A DNA stretch of 64,000 nt from a virus (taxonomy: Duplodnaviria > Caudoviricetes). The stretch is from the IMG/VR virus record IMGVR_UViG_3300047160_018490, positions 1 to 64,000 of that record; one strand, 5' to 3'. The position numbers and the translations under genes are program-made. Each line of letters opens with the position of its first letter. Within the stretch, counting starts at the first letter, position 1. The notes under the pieces are model-generated. The model saw nothing but the letters and a program-made list of their open reading frames with translations. It had not been told where the DNA came from and did not search any database. This document shows positions 6,297 to 16,173 of this stretch, piece after piece.

Positions 6297-9293
6297 TCAC
6301 AACTTGCTGAGGGTGAAGAGGCCCTTCGTTACCTCCGTGTTGTTCGCAGTGTCTGTGCGGGTGAGGTAGAACTCGTACTGGTTGGGGAAGAGCCCCAAGG
6401 TGTCCGCGTTCACGATGGGAATGGTGGCGATACCCACCGCGGGGTTGTTCAGGAGTATGGTGCCTGAAGGGGAGGCGCTCGTCTTCGAGAAGATCACGCT
6501 GGAAGGATCTCCGTAAGCGTGAACCACGAAGGTCACCACCCACCCCGTCATGTCCTGGGGGGTCTGCCCATCTTCAGCATAGACGAAGTCCTGGATCTGC
6601 TTGTCCTCCCCTACCTTCATCTTGATGTTCCAGATAGGAGGCACAGGAGGATTGGGAGGAGCGAAGGTGTTCACAGTCACTAGTTGCTGGGTGTTGTCCA
6701 CGTAGGCGATGTGCCCCGAGGGGGTAATCTGGAGAGAGGCGAAGTTCTGGGGGAACGTGGTCTGAGCCATCCGGGAGGAGATCTTGGCATCCAGGAAGTT
6801 GCCCAGGATGTAACCTGCCTGCCCAGCCGCGTAGCTTCCTGGTACGAAGGTGGCCCAGGGGTCACTACCACTTCCCCCGGGCGCATTGGCCAGGGACGCC
6901 ACCGTGTAGATGCTGCTGGAGGCGGTAGTGAAGGCGCCAGCCAGCTGGTGAGCAAGGATGTAGCCAATGCTTCCAGAGGTGCTGAGGTCTCCGGAGATGG
7001 TATCTGTGAGGACGGCAGTGGCAATCTGGGCTGTGGTAAGAGTGCCTGGAGGGGAATTATCCAGGTTCTTGATGGTGGTCCCGCTCAAATCCACTGTGGT
7101 GGTAGGAGCGTTGATGTGGGCCCAGTCGATACCCACATACCCTGCTGCCCCCGTGGAGAGAGTACCGCGGATGTCTTCCACATCGACCTTGGGGAGGTTG
7201 TTCACATCTGTCTGGGCGGTCTGGGCGTTGTACTGGACAACGTTCACTCCAAGCTGCGCAGTGGAGGTGCTCACTGCACTTCCTGAAATGTCCTGCACAT
7301 CCACCTCGGGGAGATTGTTGGCATCCAGGACCACAGCATGGCCCAGGAAGTCGCGGGTGTCGCTCTGCACGAGGGCGGAGCCTCCAGTGCCGGTGAAGTT
7401 CACCGGCTGGGTAGTGCCCTGGTTGGCGTTGATGGTAGTAACAGGGGAGGTAGAAACTCCGTTGATCTGGGTGGCGTTGACCTGAAGTGGTGGCGAGGTG
7501 GTGCAATTCAAATCCAGCCCCGTCCCTGCATGAGCGCCTGTGAGGCCATTGCCATTCCCTGTGCCGGTGAAGATGGCCCCATCATTCCCAGCCACAGTCA
7601 CCGTGCCACCAGCCTTGCTTGTAAGGCCAGCAGCAGAGCCATTGGTAGAGGCTGCTCCTGCGCCACCCACGCAAGACATCCCGGGGGAAGAAGTACCCCC
7701 TGAGGTTGTGGAAGCTGCTCCTCCAGTGAGGGTCAAGCCAGCAGTAGCAGGGGTGGCTCCTGAAGCTGCCAGTCCAGTGAAGCTGACTCCTGAACTCACG
7801 GAGAGGGGGCCCGTGTTTGCCCCCGAGATGAAGAGGCCACCAGCAGCTCCAGCCGCAGTGGCTACAGGAATGGAAGAGGCCACGATGAGGGTGCCTGCCC
7901 AGTACTTCGTGCTTACATTGGGGGCGTTGTTGCTGTCCAGGGTGACAGCCTGGGCGTGCCAGTCTTCTACATCCACCTTCAGGAGGTTGTTGCCATCCAG
8001 AGCAGCAGCCTGCCCAGCAATGTTGACCACGTTCACTCCCAGTTGCGCGGAGGAGGTAGAAACGGCGCTTCCCGAGATGTCCTGGATGTCCACTTCTGGG
8101 AGGTTGTTTGCGTCCAGCACCACCGCGTGACCGAGGAAATCCCGCGTGTCACTTTGCACCAGGGCGCCGGCTCCAGTCCCCGTGAAGTTGATAGGCTGCG
8201 TGGTGCCCTGGTTGGCGTTAATGGTGGTCACGGAGGAAGTAGACACTCCGTTAATCTGGGTGGCGTTCACCTGCAAGGGAGGGCTGGTGGTGCAGTTGAG
8301 GTCCAGGCCCGTTCCTGCATGGGCTCCTGTAAGGCCATTCCCGTTTCCCGTGCCAGTGAAGACCGCTCCATCATTACCAGAGACAGTAACCGTGCCGCCT
8401 GCAATGGCCTTCAATCCAGCCGCGGAACCGTTTGTGGAGGCTGCTCCTGCTCCTCCGGTGGCCAGGATTGCTGCTCCTGAGGTGCCTCCTGAGGATGTAG
8501 AAGCAGCTCCTCCGGTGGCGCTGATGCCATTACCGGCTGCATTGCCTCCAGATGCCGCAGCACCCGTGGCGTTGATTCCATGCTTGGCGGTGCCCGAGCC
8601 TGCGAAGGTGGCGCCATGACCACTAACGGTAGAGGTGAGGATGGCATCTCCCGAGGTGGCCCCACCCACCGTCTTCAGACCATTCCCCGTGGCGCCTCCC
8701 GTGGTGAGGATGCCTGCCCCAGTGCCGTTACCAGAGGCGTTAAGCCCGTTGCCATTGGACCCGGAGGAAGTGAGTGCCAGAGCATCCCCAGTGCTGTTGG
8801 AGAAGGTGACACCACCAGAGATACTCATGGGTCCTGTATTGGTGCCGCTGATGAGGAGGCCACCTGCTGCCCCTGCTGCCGTGGCCACGGGAATGGAGGC
8901 GGCGTTGATGGCGGTGCCGGCCCACTGGACGCAGTTCACTCCCAACTGGGCGGTGGAGGTGCTCACAGCGCTTCCGGAGATGTCCACCAGATTGATGCCA
9001 GGGTAGCCGTTTGCATCCACCACGTCTGTATGGAAATCAAGATTGACAGGGACTGCGCCTGTAGCTGTGAAGAGGAAGCCTACATCTGTGGCGTTGGTTT
9101 CAGACTGGGTAGGAGCATAGTTGTACTGGCCGTTACCCAGGTTTGTAACTGTACCTGCTCCTGAACCCTGGGCGCCATTGTCCTTGGTGACGAAGACGCT
9201 CACTGTAAGACCAGCTACGCCCAGCCCCGTGCTCGTGGAGATCATCAGGAAGGTCATGTTCTGAGAGGCCACGTTCTTCTGGAGAGATGCCAT
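6297..9293 (-). CDS. long Gly/Ala/Thr/Ser-rich fibre-like virion protein with internal duplications and C-terminal Ig/BppU-like domain
   Basis: start moved to ATG 9293 (AAGGAGG RBS); two copies of a block of about 140 aa GNDGA.FTGTGNGNGLTGAHAGTGLDLNCTTSPPLQVNATQING...AQLGVNVV. Confidence 0.7.
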   Translation of the reverse strand: MASLQKNVASQNMTFLMISTSTGLGVAGLTVSVFVTKDNGAQGSGAGTVTNLGNGQYNYAPTQSETNATDVGFLFTATGAVPVNLDFHTDVVDANGYPGINLVDISGSAVSTSTAQLGVNCVQWAGTAINAASIPVATAAGAAGGLLISGTNTGPMSISGGVTFSNSTGDALALTSSGSNGNGLNASGNGTGAGILTTGGATGNGLKTVGGATSGDAILTSTVSGHGATFAGSGTAKHGINATGAAASGGNAAGNGISATGGAASTSSGGTSGAAILATGGAGAASTNGSAAGLKAIAGGTVTVSGNDGAVFTGTGNGNGLTGAHAGTGLDLNCTTSPPLQVNATQINGVSTSSVTTINANQGTTQPINFTGTGAGALVQSDTRDFLGHAVVLDANNLPEVDIQDISGSAVSTSSAQLGVNVVNIAGQAAALDGNNLLKVDVEDWHAQAVTLDSNNAPNVSTKYWAGTLIVASSIPVATAAGAAGGLFISGANTGPLSVSSGVSFTGLAASGATPATAGLTLTGGAASTTSGGTSSPGMSCVGGAGAASTNGSAAGLTSKAGGTVTVAGNDGAIFTGTGNGNGLTGAHAGTGLDLNCTTSPPLQVNATQINGVSTSPVTTINANQGTTQPVNFTGTGGSALVQSDTRDFLGHAVVLDANNLPEVDVQDISGSAVSTSTAQLGVNVVQYNAQTAQTDVNNLPKVDVEDIRGTLSTGAAGYVGIDWAHINAPTTTVDLSGTTIKNLDNSPPGTLTTAQIATAVLTDTISGDLSTSGSIGYILAHQLAGAFTTASSSIYTVASLANAPGGSGSDPWATFVPGSYAAGQAGYILGNFLDAKISSRMAQTTFPQNFASLQITPSGHIAYVDNTQQLVTVNTFAPPNPPVPPIWNIKMKVGEDKQIQDFVYAEDGQTPQDMTGWVVTFVVHAYGDPSSVIFSKTSASPSGTILLNNPAVGIATIPIVNADTLGLFPNQYEFYLTRTDTANNTEVTKGLFTLSKL

Positions 9294-9294
9294 G

Positions 9295-11112
9295 TTACCT
9301 CCTTCCTGGGAAGTTGAAGCTGCGATTAGCCGCCCACCAGGGAGAAAAGGTAGGTGGTGGCGGAGGCGATGGGGCTGCGGCACCAGGAACGATTACCCGC
9401 GCTGGTGTACGGTTCAGGAGTCCGGGACATCCGATCTTGGAGTTCGTATAGAGGTCGAAGGCTTCCCCAGGAGTGATGATCCTCCGGTACAGCCTCACGT
9501 CATCCACCTGGCCGTTCAGGAAGCCGAAGCTGGACTGGTTACCACCTATTTGAAGTGGCTGGGCGGCATCAGTCGTCTGGGTGCCTGCGCCCGCTATCGT
9601 GGCGGCGTTGGCTACAGGATTCCCGTTCATGTACCAGGCTATGGACGCGGTGTCCTGTCTCGGCCCCGCATAGGTGACAGTGAAGTGATACCACCTCCCA
9701 ACCGCCAGGGCACCCGTAGACGCCTCTGCCACGAGATTGGTGGTCCCGAACTCAACTGTTAGACGTGGTTGCTTATTGACGCTGGCCTGGGCAACGCACC
9801 ACCCCTTGTCGCCTAGGGCGTTGTCGTTCCGCTGGATGACTGCCCCGTTCGTCGTGGCCAGGTTGATGCACAGCCAGAAGGACGCCGACATCGGGCCCAT
9901 CGCCAGGTCTCTGGTAGGAACCAAAGACCCTAGAGGGGAGAGACTAGCGAAACCAGTGCTACCATCAAACAAGAGGCTGCCCCATCCTCCAGGGCGAGGG
10001 CCGGCAAGAGAGTTCGACACTCTCCAGCCGTTTGTATTAGGAGTAGTAATGACCTGGGTGAAGGAGAGGGCCGCTCCGCGAGTATTGTTGATTAGGTTAT
10101 GAACCAGGAATCCCCGCATGAGCTGGGGGAGGGCCATCTGCCAGAAGACAAGGCTCTTCGCCAGCGGGTGCCCCCAGTTGACCGGGTTGGTGTAGTCCGG
10201 CTGCCTCTGGGGGTCCCAGGCAGGCTGGAAGATAACAGCCGCCTTCGGGACCGCGGCTGGTACACTGACCCACTTCGGGGTGCGGTTGAGCAACCCCGGA
10301 CAACCCAGGCGGGAGTTCGTGTAGAGGTCGAGTGCCTCCGCCGGGGTGATAAGGCGGCGGTAGAGGCGCACGTCATCTACATAGCCGTTGGCCGTGCTCC
10401 AGGCGTTCTGCCCGCCCAGCATGAAAAGGTTCTGGTTGGCGTCCGAGGTCGGGCTGCCCACCCCCGCGTTGGTGACGCTATCCGCCACCGGGTTGCCCAT
10501 GAAGTACCAGAGCACAGTGGACGCACTGCCCGCCTGGGGGCCGGCATAGGTGACAGTACAGTGATACCACTTCTTGGCTGCCAGTGTCCCCGTAACCGCG
10601 GTCACGGTCAGGTTCGTCGTCCGCTGGGAGGTGAAGCGAAATTGCTGCGATGAGTTCTGAAACCCTACTACCCAGCCCTGGGTCCCCGTGTTGTTGTCAT
10701 TCCGCTGGATGACCGGCGAGTCCGCGTTGATGACGTTCAGGAGCATCCAGAAGGAGATGCTCATGGGACCTAGAGCAAGATCCTTTGTGTAACTGTCCCG
10801 CTTGAAGGCCACGGCATTCGCTGAGGATGCGGCACCGCCACTGTTGAGGAGGGCCCCGAATCCGCCGGGACGTGGCCCGCCCCTGTCCGGACCCACCCGC
10901 CAGCCGCTCGAACTCGGGGCAGCGTTGGCAACGGCATAGAACCCGTTGTTGAGTCCGCACAGATCGAAGACCTGATCCCCCTGCATCCACTGAGGGAGGG
11001 CCATCTGCCAGAAGATGAGGCCATTGGCGAGAGGGTGGCCCCGGTTGAGCGGCCTGGAGTAATCCACCTGGCGGCCGGCATCGTAAGCAGGAGTGAAGAG
11101 GGTCGTGGCCAT
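9295..11112 (-). CDS. tandem LamG/concanavalin-A-like domain protein (candidate receptor-binding)
   Basis: two repeats of about 290 aa, each with MS.SFW, WYH.TVTY and G.VDDVRLYRR.IT. Confidence 0.85.
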   Translation of the reverse strand: MATTLFTPAYDAGRQVDYSRPLNRGHPLANGLIFWQMALPQWMQGDQVFDLCGLNNGFYAVANAAPSSSGWRVGPDRGGPRPGGFGALLNSGGAASSANAVAFKRDSYTKDLALGPMSISFWMLLNVINADSPVIQRNDNNTGTQGWVVGFQNSSQQFRFTSQRTTNLTVTAVTGTLAAKKWYHCTVTYAGPQAGSASTVLWYFMGNPVADSVTNAGVGSPTSDANQNLFMLGGQNAWSTANGYVDDVRLYRRLITPAEALDLYTNSRLGCPGLLNRTPKWVSVPAAVPKAAVIFQPAWDPQRQPDYTNPVNWGHPLAKSLVFWQMALPQLMRGFLVHNLINNTRGAALSFTQVITTPNTNGWRVSNSLAGPRPGGWGSLLFDGSTGFASLSPLGSLVPTRDLAMGPMSASFWLCINLATTNGAVIQRNDNALGDKGWCVAQASVNKQPRLTVEFGTTNLVAEASTGALAVGRWYHFTVTYAGPRQDTASIAWYMNGNPVANAATIAGAGTQTTDAAQPLQIGGNQSSFGFLNGQVDDVRLYRRIITPGEAFDLYTNSKIGCPGLLNRTPARVIVPGAAAPSPPPPPTFSPWWAANRSFNFPGRR

Positions 11113-11121
11113 GAAGCCCTA

Positions 11122-11508
11122 TCAGGCGTAGGCGGTGACGAGGTAAGCGGTCCCAAGCTGCACGGTGTAAGTCACGTTGGCGTTGCCGCCACCAGTGAGT
11201 ACAGCAACATAGAAGATCCCGTTCCCCACGTTGATATCCCTCCTCGCCACCTGGAGGGCCGCCGTGGGCAGCGGGAATGCAGTGGCGGCGTTCTGCACCG
11301 TCTCGTAGGTGGCGCCGTTATCGGTACTGCGGAATGTATAAACTTCTGCACCAGCAGATATCCCAGTAGTATTGGGATAGGCCACCATTACCGGCACCCA
11401 GCAATCAAACCCACTCGTATTGGCAAACGAGAAGGTGATGTACTGAGACTGGGTGGTCTCAGCGCTGGCGACATAGGTGGAGACTAAGGAGATGAACGGG
11501 TTGGCCAT
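11122..11508 (-). CDS. small beta-rich virion-associated hypothetical protein
   Basis: GGAG RBS, operon context. Confidence 0.65.
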   Translation of the reverse strand: MANPFISLVSTYVASAETTQSQYITFSFANTSGFDCWVPVMVAYPNTTGISAGAEVYTFRSTDNGATYETVQNAATAFPLPTAALQVARRDINVGNGIFYVAVLTGGGNANVTYTVQLGTAYLVTAYA

Positions 11509-11511
11509 TGT

Positions 11512-12204
11512 CTACTCCCTAAACCCCGGTACAGGGATGGGTGCTGAGGAGTCCAGAGTATCAGGGTCATAGTCGGTCTGGGTGATGGCTTTTATAGCCA
11601 GGTGATTGCACTCCACTCTGAAGTCACACCATGCGGGGATCTTGAGAAGGTGCAGCCTCCAGAAGAAGGAGTGATCCTCACTCAGGCCCTCTACTCTATT
11701 GAAGGGCTCCTCCTTTAGCTCCACGCGAATCCTGTCGAAGACCTTCCTTCGCACCAGCAAGCAACCGGCTCCTGCGGAATCTACCTTCAGGATCTCACTA
11801 CCATCAGGCCATTTGGCGATGGCATGGACGAACTTATTTTCCCCCTGCCGGAGGAAGAGGACGGGGGAGTAGGGGGGACTCTTGAACTGATAGAAGCCGG
11901 TCATGACATCGAGGCCATTAGCGTCCATGCGGTGCAGAAGGCGCACCAGCAAATCGGGCTCGAAGGCGTGGTCGGCATCCAGCATCAGGAGCCAATCTCC
12001 CAGGAAGCGAGCTGCCAACCCATTCCTGGCAGGCCCATGATCGGAGATAGCCGCTCTATCTGCGTGGATGAACTCATCAGGAGAGCACAATGTCTCCTGG
12101 GAGTGAACAAGAAGCTGCGCGAAGGACCAGCAGAACCTCTCCAGGACAGCAGGGAGGCCCCCCAGGTAGGTGATGGTGCCTATAGGTTTCCTACCGAGAA
12201 GCAT
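11512..12204 (-). CDS. GT-A fold glycosyltransferase (GT2-like)
   Basis: WLLMLDADH (DxD), AGAGCLLVRRKVF, SEDHSFFWRL; ATG 12204 after AGGAGG. Confidence 0.8.
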   Translation of the reverse strand: MLLGRKPIGTITYLGGLPAVLERFCWSFAQLLVHSQETLCSPDEFIHADRAAISDHGPARNGLAARFLGDWLLMLDADHAFEPDLLVRLLHRMDANGLDVMTGFYQFKSPPYSPVLFLRQGENKFVHAIAKWPDGSEILKVDSAGAGCLLVRRKVFDRIRVELKEEPFNRVEGLSEDHSFFWRLHLLKIPAWCDFRVECNHLAIKAITQTDYDPDTLDSSAPIPVPGFRE

Positions 12205-12469
12205 GCACCCTCCTGGGCAAGCCTGCCACGAAATCAGCATCCGCACCGCTCAAAGACAACCACACCTGCTGAATGGCCCTCTCCTTCGCACGGCGGCAGG
12301 TCTGGAACCCATCGCCATACACCACATCACTGGCGTATTGGACATAGGGCAAGTAGTGCAAACAGAGGCAACAGATCTTCCGCTCCTGCTTGCCGATGGC
12401 CTCGTGGACATACTTCTCCGTCCTGATGAAGACATCGGGGACTTCCGACTTGCAGCATTCACATTGCAC
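12191..12469 (-). CDS. small Cys-rich Zn-finger-like protein
   Basis: GTG at 12469 after GGAGG; CECC and CCLC. Confidence 0.5.
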   Translation of the reverse strand: MQCECCKSEVPDVFIRTEKYVHEAIGKQERKICCLCLHYLPYVQYASDVVYGDGFQTCRRAKERAIQQVWLSLSGADADFVAGLPRRVHASR

Positions 12470-12653
12470 AGCCGTCCTCCTTCTTCGCCACCCTCTTCGC
12501 GTTGGTGACCTCAGCGCCTCTACGAGCACCTCGAAGGATCTCCTCCCGGGTGAACTTGTGAGCCTTGCCGCGCTCGTGGACTACCTTCCCTCCCACATGG
12601 CATTGCCAGCGGTGCTGTTCCGGAGTCAGCAGGGCGAATCCCCTCTTCCTCAT
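12459..12653 (-). CDS. KGG-family stress protein (single unit)
   Basis: RGFALLTPEQHR..CHVGGKVVHERGKAHKFTREE. Confidence 0.75.
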   Translation of the reverse strand: MRKRGFALLTPEQHRWQCHVGGKVVHERGKAHKFTREEILRGARRGAEVTNAKRVAKKEDGCAM

Positions 12654-12656
12654 GGC

Positions 12657-13367
12657 CTACTCCTTGATGACGAGCTTCTCGTAGTCGTTCCAGAAGACCT
12701 TGTCATTCGTATGGATGACGCTGGTCTCGGGCACGTAGTCGTGGTAGCCGAACACCAGATCACAGCGATGCCCGAGCTTCTTGGGCCACCTGCCAGGGTC
12801 CGTTGTGGGCATGGTGAACTGGAGCAGGTGGTAGACTCCCTCCTCTCTCCATGCCGGCCAGATCTTGCTCCAGTGAGCACCCGCCTGGGCCTCGGGGCAC
12901 CAATCCACCTTCCGGTCTGCGGCGATGGGGAGCAGTTTGGTGTCCAGAAGGAAATTGAGGTTGAACGTGATCCCCTGGAAAGCGGGTGCCCAGTTGTGAG
13001 GGCCCCAGGAGATCGGGCCACCTATAGGAGCCGTGGCGATAGCCTTCCCGGATAGATAAAACCTCTTCAGGAAGGAGGAGAAGGTAGGCCAGGAGAGGGG
13101 CACAGAATCTGGATGCAGGAGTGTAACCACATCGCAGTCCGCCCTCCTGGCAGCACGTACCAGGGCGTTGAGGGAGTCCAGGATACCCAGGCACTTGTCT
13201 TCCTGAAACTTCTGGATCACGGTCTCGTGGGCACCCGGAAGGTCAGCCTGGTTTGTGCCATCCACACTGGCCAGGACCCGAGAGAAGGGGGAAAACTGGC
13301 GCAGGATGGCCACCAGCCTCTCGGCCTGCGCCCGGTCATTGTGGACATTAACTAGGAAGGCGTGCAT
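12657..13367 (-). CDS. putative glycosyltransferase (divergent GT-A)
   Basis: LVNVHND, VLASVDG, VTLLHPD; located among GT genes. Confidence 0.5.
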   Translation of the reverse strand: MHAFLVNVHNDRAQAERLVAILRQFSPFSRVLASVDGTNQADLPGAHETVIQKFQEDKCLGILDSLNALVRAARRADCDVVTLLHPDSVPLSWPTFSSFLKRFYLSGKAIATAPIGGPISWGPHNWAPAFQGITFNLNFLLDTKLLPIAADRKVDWCPEAQAGAHWSKIWPAWREEGVYHLLQFTMPTTDPGRWPKKLGHRCDLVFGYHDYVPETSVIHTNDKVFWNDYEKLVIKE

Positions 13368-13591
13368 GGGGTTCCTTTCAGCTCATGCTTCTCGACCCAG
13401 TAGCCCAGTGGTCCAACACGCAGCCAGCAGGCCACGCAGCGATCCTGGTAAGGCCAGCGCCAATCTTTGGCCTCAATCCGCACAGGCCCAGGTGGAACCG
13501 CTCTGGCGGCATCCTCCAGGGAGGCAAACACACCCTCCACCTCGAAGCCCTCGGCGCCGTCGTGTGACAGCAGGACGAAGACCTCACTCAC
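13352..13591 (-). CDS. hypothetical protein
   Basis: GTG at 13591 in GTGA overlap, AGGAGG RBS. Confidence 0.55.
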   Translation of the reverse strand: MSEVFVLLSHDGAEGFEVEGVFASLEDAARAVPPGPVRIEAKDWRWPYQDRCVACWLRVGPLGYWVEKHELKGTPCTPS

Positions 13592-13797
13592 GCAGCCACC
13601 TCCTTGAGGGCCTCCTTGACGCACTCCCAGTGACCCCAGAATATGGGACCTCCTGTAGGGGCTATCACCTTTATTTTCTCACTTCTCTGGCAGACCACGC
13701 AGACTGCGTTGGAGCGATAGAGCCACCCGGGAAGGGCTTCCAGAAGGTTCAATTCCTCAACCGTCAACATGCGGCACGGCCGCACCAGGTCATCCAC
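13588..13797 (-). CDS. small CxxC protein
   Basis: CVVC...HWEC; coupled to neighbours. Confidence 0.5.
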   Translation of the reverse strand: MDDLVRPCRMLTVEELNLLEALPGWLYRSNAVCVVCQRSEKIKVIAPTGGPIFWGHWECVKEALKEVAA

Positions 13798-14977
13798 AGG
13801 TCACCTCCTTGGGCTGCAACGCCCACTCCTCAAGCTGGCTCGCAATCACTTCCCAGTCAAACTTCTTCCGGGCCCAGGGCACCATCTCCCTCCTTATATT
13901 CTCCTGACCCACGGGGTTGGCGGCTACCCTTCTTACCGCATCACTGAAGCGAGCCAGGGTAAGGGGGTCTCCAGGGTCACCTGGGATGATCCAGCCATGC
14001 TTCACGTTGTCTGCAAGGGCCCAGACGGGAGAGCAGATGGGCATGCACCCACACGCCTGGGCCTCCATGCACTGGATGCAGGAGGTCTCAGTGAAGCCAG
14101 TACAGTAGACCCACATTCCCGCGGAGAGCATCTCCCTCCAGAGGTCCGGTTGCCCGAGGCGCCCCCTCCAGGTGATCCCAGGCTGCTCCAGGAGGGGGAT
14201 GGCCCTTCTCTTGAAGTCTGCCCAGGAGGACTTCGGGTGGTCGCGGACGATCTTGTCGATGTTGTCCCAGCCGTAGCAGACGGAGAGCTTCAGAGAAGGT
14301 TCATACTCCCTGGCCCTCTTGAAGATGTTCAGGAGTGGTAGTAGTCCTCTATCTGGAGAGGAAGCATAGACGATCTTCTTTGGATCACGCTCCAGCCTGC
14401 CGCATGGGTCTTTCGTGTTCCCAGGGCAATTGCAGGACGGCCAATTGCAACCAGGAGTCATTGCCCGTGCCAGGTTCTCCACAGCTTCGATCCCGTCCGT
14501 GCAGATGCCGTTGCTGGAGACGCACACCTTCTCCGCCACGTCCGGGTAGCGGTAACGCAGGTGGCCGGCGTGCGTCTGGCACAGGGCGATGATACGGTCG
14601 AGCTTCTTTCGTCTCGCCTCATTCAGCCCGGCTAGTGGCCCGCTGTCGGGATAGTCTACGTCCTGGCAGATTAACCACAATTGCTGTCCTGGATGTTCCT
14701 CAGGGAAGTGATCCAGAGCATCCGGGCAGCGATAGAGAAGCCATACACCTGGCCTGGTGAAGGTGACATCATGGCGGTGCAGCCAGTCTACACCACCAGG
14801 ACCTGGAGAAAGGCAATCCTCGGGGATGGGGGCATAGGAGAGTACGTCATGACCGCGATCAGCCAGGCGGCGAGAAAGCTCTACATGGGAGGTTTCACTT
14901 CCCCCAATACCATTCAGAGTGGGGTTTCTCCAATCCCAGTCCTCGAAAGATACTGGACTATAAAGGGTGAACCTCAT
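13790..14977 (-). CDS. GT-B fold glycosyltransferase (GT4-like)
   Basis: IGGSETSHV, VYASSPDRGL, ETSCIQCMEAQACG (ExxxxxxxE); ATG 14977 in ATGA overlap. Confidence 0.85.
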   Translation of the reverse strand: MRFTLYSPVSFEDWDWRNPTLNGIGGSETSHVELSRRLADRGHDVLSYAPIPEDCLSPGPGGVDWLHRHDVTFTRPGVWLLYRCPDALDHFPEEHPGQQLWLICQDVDYPDSGPLAGLNEARRKKLDRIIALCQTHAGHLRYRYPDVAEKVCVSSNGICTDGIEAVENLARAMTPGCNWPSCNCPGNTKDPCGRLERDPKKIVYASSPDRGLLPLLNIFKRAREYEPSLKLSVCYGWDNIDKIVRDHPKSSWADFKRRAIPLLEQPGITWRGRLGQPDLWREMLSAGMWVYCTGFTETSCIQCMEAQACGCMPICSPVWALADNVKHGWIIPGDPGDPLTLARFSDAVRRVAANPVGQENIRREMVPWARKKFDWEVIASQLEEWALQPKEVTCG

Positions 14978-15534
14978 GGCTCCTCCCCCCGGGAGAGGAT
15001 GGTAAGCCCACAGCAGTTCCGGTAGTGCCTCATCACTTTCCACTCGGGATGTGTCTGCAGGAACCTTCCCAGGGCCAGCAAGAGGCCCTCCCTCTTGTCC
15101 TCGCCAATTACCCCCCACTCCTGAGTGTCATGCAGCAAGATCCACTTACTTACCTTCTCGGCATGCAGCTCCAACTCCCTGTGCAGAATGGTTCCTGCAT
15201 GGAAGGTGTCGATGAGGAGGAGATCCGTTGGCTCGATCTCTACCTCCCTGGTGTCCCCCTGGATAAAGAGCCAGCAATCCCATGCCAGAGGTCCCAGGGC
15301 GGCCACCGTCTGCGTGCAAGGGTCGCGGTCATAGGAGATGAGGCGCCCGTGTCCCTCCTTGCAGCCCATCAGCAGCGCCACCGTGGAAACCCCATGACGG
15401 ACGCCGAATTCCGTGACGTGGGTACAGCGGGAGGCCAGCTTGCGCAGGAGAGGGCAGTGATCCCGCATGTCCGAAGATGCGACGCACACCTCGGCATAGG
15501 CCGCCTCAAGGTTTGGAGAGGTCAGGTGTGTCAT
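14974..15534 (-). CDS. class I SAM-dependent methyltransferase (Methyltransf_24-like)
   Basis: VTEFGVRHGVST, DLLLIDTFH, ILLHDT. Confidence 0.85.
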   Translation of the reverse strand: MTHLTSPNLEAAYAEVCVASSDMRDHCPLLRKLASRCTHVTEFGVRHGVSTVALLMGCKEGHGRLISYDRDPCTQTVAALGPLAWDCWLFIQGDTREVEIEPTDLLLIDTFHAGTILHRELELHAEKVSKWILLHDTQEWGVIGEDKREGLLLALGRFLQTHPEWKVMRHYRNCCGLTILSRGEEP

Positions 15535-16169
15535 CAGTTGAAGTCGTTGAAGATGGCGGAGACCGCGTTGTTGATGTCCGTGTCTGCTTGCGAGGCAGCG
15601 ACATTGAGCTGGTAGTGGTTGCTGGCTGGGTAGTCCGTCTGGGTTGTACTCAACACCGCCACCGGCAGCAAGTAAAGCTGGGCATAGTTTGACTGGTTCA
15701 GGAGGATCTGCTTGGCCTGAGCCGCTCTTGCTGTGTGATTGACCACAGACACCCCTGCTGTGGTGCGAGACACCGATGGGGTAGGGGTGGAGCCTCCTGT
15801 CAGGCTGTTCGTGCCAATCGTGATGAGATTGAGAGGCAGGTTCCCCAGCGTACCAGCGAAGGTGATCGTGATTGGCGTTCCAGGCAGGGGACCACCTGTG
15901 CAGATCACGTTTCCACTACCAATGGAAGTAAGGTTCTGGAGAGCCGTCTGTACTGTGGCGGCGTTGGCGTTGAAGGCGATGGTGACAGTAGTTTGCCCTG
16001 CGTAGGTGAGGGTGAACGTACCCCCTGTAGGACCACCAGAGATGGAGAGGGTCTGGACCTCATTGGCCACCTCTGTCCCAACGTTCACGGCCGCCTGCAC
16101 CACCGCGGCAGCAACCCTCTGCTGAAAGTCACCTACGGAGGTGATCTGGACTGCATCGGACAGGCTCAT
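15534..16169 (-). CDS. virion structural protein with EVQ..GGTFTL..TT..IAFNA domain
   Basis: EVQTLSISGGPTGGTFTLTYAGQTTVTIAFNANAATVQTAL, typical of phage tail/surface add-on domains. Confidence 0.7.
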   Translation of the reverse strand: MSLSDAVQITSVGDFQQRVAAAVVQAAVNVGTEVANEVQTLSISGGPTGGTFTLTYAGQTTVTIAFNANAATVQTALQNLTSIGSGNVICTGGPLPGTPITITFAGTLGNLPLNLITIGTNSLTGGSTPTPSVSRTTAGVSVVNHTARAAQAKQILLNQSNYAQLYLLPVAVLSTTQTDYPASNHYQLNVAASQADTDINNAVSAIFNDFN

Positions 16170-16173
16170 GGTA

